DNA of 64,000 nucleotides from an uncultured Segetibacter sp. (GTDB lineage Bacteria; Bacteroidota; Bacteroidia; Chitinophagales; Chitinophagaceae): NCBI GenBank assembly GCA_964251885.1, contig CAXUMK010000001.1, positions 22,598 to 86,597 of the forward strand, read 5' to 3'. Shown piece by piece: positions 62,053 to 64,000 of this stretch (position 1 is its first letter; each line of letters starts with the position of its first letter). The notes under the pieces were generated by a model. It saw only the letters and a program-made list of their open reading frames with translations, ran no database searches and was not told where the DNA came from. The position numbers and the translations under genes were made by a program.

Positions 62053-63165
62053 CTAACAAATTGTATAGATTTTCTTTAGTGCTCTTGCAACATCACCTAT
62101 ATTTCTTGTATTTTCTTTCATATTAAGAAAATAATCAAGAACGTGATCTTCACTATTTTGTGGAAATAGGAAACGTGCATATCCCTCGTCAAAACCATTT
62201 AGTATATTACTATTCAATCTAATAGCACAAGTAAGATAGGATGCCAATTGATTTTTCGACATTCCCCATCCGCAATGCCCAAACCAAGCATTCTGACGGT
62301 CTGGTCTAGTATTATGTAAATACTTTGGTTTTATGTCGCGATAAGAAAAAACAGTATCCGCAGGACACCGAAAAATAAAAATGGTAGATTGGGAAAAATC
62401 TGTAATAACGTTTGGAGTGGCTATTCCTTCGTCATCAATTAGTAAGTTATAGGAGGCAAACCAAGCTGCCACTTTAAGATCATTGGTAAGATCCAGTCCA
62501 ACACTGGGTAGTCCATAGTGTTGAGCAAACCCTAAAGAAATTGTAGTAAAATGGGGGGAATTTTTTATTTTATAAATATCACTGCAATATGAACGATATT
62601 CTTCCGGAGTAAGTGATGGTTTTAAGTCAATACCGACGTCATTCAAAAGCATAGCTGTTTGACTATGCCATAGCGCATATATAAAATATTCATTAAAGTT
62701 ACTTCGCAGAAAACTGGGGTGAAAAGATGGCTCTTTAAGCGCGTCCTCGCCAAACAAAAATAATTTTTCTTCTATGCTACGATTAATAGTATACATCTTT
62801 GTTTGGCCCCGTAAGAGCACTTCATACGTTGCATTCTCTTGTTTTATCTCGTTGATTAACAATTGTAGGGCGTCTACACTTTCAAATTTAAAAACTGGAA
62901 TTTTCCTGAAAGGAACTCGCAACTCTTCGGCGACTTGATACTTAGATATAACTTTGTAAAATGGCAGGTGTTTGCTATTCCCATAAGGGCAGGCAACAGC
63001 AGAATTGAGTACTCGTCCGTAATTATCATCCAGTAAGAGTCCTTTTTCGCTAAATTTACTATTATCCGAACCACCTGAATATATGCTAACCTCATTTATA
63101 ATTGGGTAGATATTATAAAATTCCGGATATGCCAACCGATAATCTGACGTTAATATACCTTCCAT
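62053..63165 (-). CDS. FRG-domain protein
   Basis: EVLLRGQTKMY (the FRGQ-type motif) and FAQHYGLPSVGLDLTNDLKVAAWFAS (family AQHYGLPTRLLDWT....ALYFA as I recall it). 370 aa, very AT-rich. Confidence 0.6.
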   Translation of the reverse strand: MEGILTSDYRLAYPEFYNIYPIINEVSIYSGGSDNSKFSEKGLLLDDNYGRVLNSAVACPYGNSKHLPFYKVISKYQVAEELRVPFRKIPVFKFESVDALQLLINEIKQENATYEVLLRGQTKMYTINRSIEEKLFLFGEDALKEPSFHPSFLRSNFNEYFIYALWHSQTAMLLNDVGIDLKPSLTPEEYRSYCSDIYKIKNSPHFTTISLGFAQHYGLPSVGLDLTNDLKVAAWFASYNLLIDDEGIATPNVITDFSQSTIFIFRCPADTVFSYRDIKPKYLHNTRPDRQNAWFGHCGWGMSKNQLASYLTCAIRLNSNILNGFDEGYARFLFPQNSEDHVLDYFLNMKENTRNIGDVARALKKIYTIC

Positions 63166-63767
63166 TAAAGTTGTAATTTTATATTCAAGTTTTCACCTAA
63201 ATAAGCGATCACAAAGTAGGAGTATGCGGTCGATACCTTGGAGTTGATGAATAGGTTATCAGTATTCGTTACACAATCACTTGTCTTACTGTTTAGTGCA
63301 ATCAATCCATTGAAATAATTAAGTTGACTAGTAATTTCCGTGTGAAATTGAGAAAAGGCACCTATTGTTATATCCAAAAATAAGTTAGGACCAGTAATTT
63401 CAAAGGTGTTAAATGACGGCCTACCGTCCACTTTTAAGTGTTTTTTACTAAAGTCTAAATACCATAGAAAACACTCAAATAAATTTTTGTCTAAGTCCGA
63501 AAGATAAATGTCGTAGAATTCTGGGTGTACAAATATATTTTGAGAGAGCAAGTAGAGCAGTTCTGGATAACGAAATTTAACAAGTTGTTGATAGATAACC
63601 TCCTCCTCGCATGGTAATACTATTAGGTTTTTGAGATCTTGACTTTTCTTATTTAATAAATCAACCATCTGAGCTGAATTGTTTACATAGTCGCTAGTGG
63701 TGATTCTTGTATTAAAATGTTTCGAAAAGGCTCTAATCATTTCAAGGTTTTCTATAATCATGCACAA
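63165..63767 (-). CDS. Hypothetical protein co-transcribed with the FRG-domain gene
   Basis: 200-aa ORF whose stop overlaps the FRG gene start by 1 nt. I recognise no domain. Same AT-rich composition. Confidence 0.5.
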   Translation of the reverse strand: MCMIIENLEMIRAFSKHFNTRITTSDYVNNSAQMVDLLNKKSQDLKNLIVLPCEEEVIYQQLVKFRYPELLYLLSQNIFVHPEFYDIYLSDLDKNLFECFLWYLDFSKKHLKVDGRPSFNTFEITGPNLFLDITIGAFSQFHTEITSQLNYFNGLIALNSKTSDCVTNTDNLFINSKVSTAYSYFVIAYLGENLNIKLQL

Positions 63768-64000
63768 TAAGGTTAAAATTAATTAAGTTTTTCTTTGTGT
63801 CTAACTGTCAGGTGCATAAGATTTAAAAATATCTATAAACTCTAATGAAGACAAAAAATAAAGCAATATAGAGAAAAATATTTTTTCATTTATTTTTACG
63901 GCTTGGTACCTACTACAAGTTTATCAAGCAGTTCGGCTAAAATCCGCTACAATTTCTACGTACTTAGTTATATTTTCTCTAATCATCATGGTAAATCAAA

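Overview
Bacteroidota-type chromosome segment; the Sphingobacteriia-like assignment is my inference from CTnDOT-style tra/rteC genes, IS982 copies and KAQ/AQ signal peptides. There are three blocks.

(1) 1-27023: every gene except one IS transposase is on the minus strand. A type II secretion / type IV pilus-class gene set is present: major prepilin, short prepilin peptidase, GspE/PilB ATPase, secretin, GspL/M-like proteins, then a GspC/K-like protein, two minor pseudopilins and a possible GspF start. It is split by about 16 kb of accessory DNA. That DNA holds five paralogous secreted fibre-like proteins (one frameshifted), an IS982 with exact inverted repeats and target-site duplication, a streptavidin-like gene, and a polymorphic-toxin locus. 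The toxin locus is a TcB/SpvB-N-like protein plus a TcC/Rhs protein with a metzincin tip, its immunity gene, an orphan Rhs-CT/immunity cassette and a decayed Rhs relic.

(2) 27.3-29.7 kb: two hypothetical secreted proteins and a Crp/Fnr regulator.

(3) 29.96 to at least 60.2 kb: a CTnDOT-like integrative conjugative element with no integrase in the window. It carries rteC x2 (one frameshifted), a toprim primase, an RHH MobC-like protein, a striking 17 x 15-bp palindromic array, relaxase, ParA and traE-N homologues. It also carries a 1836-aa methylase-SNF2 helicase, an orphan methylase, the coupling protein and an M23-ArdC fusion.

The window ends with a second IS982 and an AT-rich FRG-domain two-gene module. 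I found no rRNA, tRNA or CRISPR. All homology calls come from motif recognition by eye, not from database searches.
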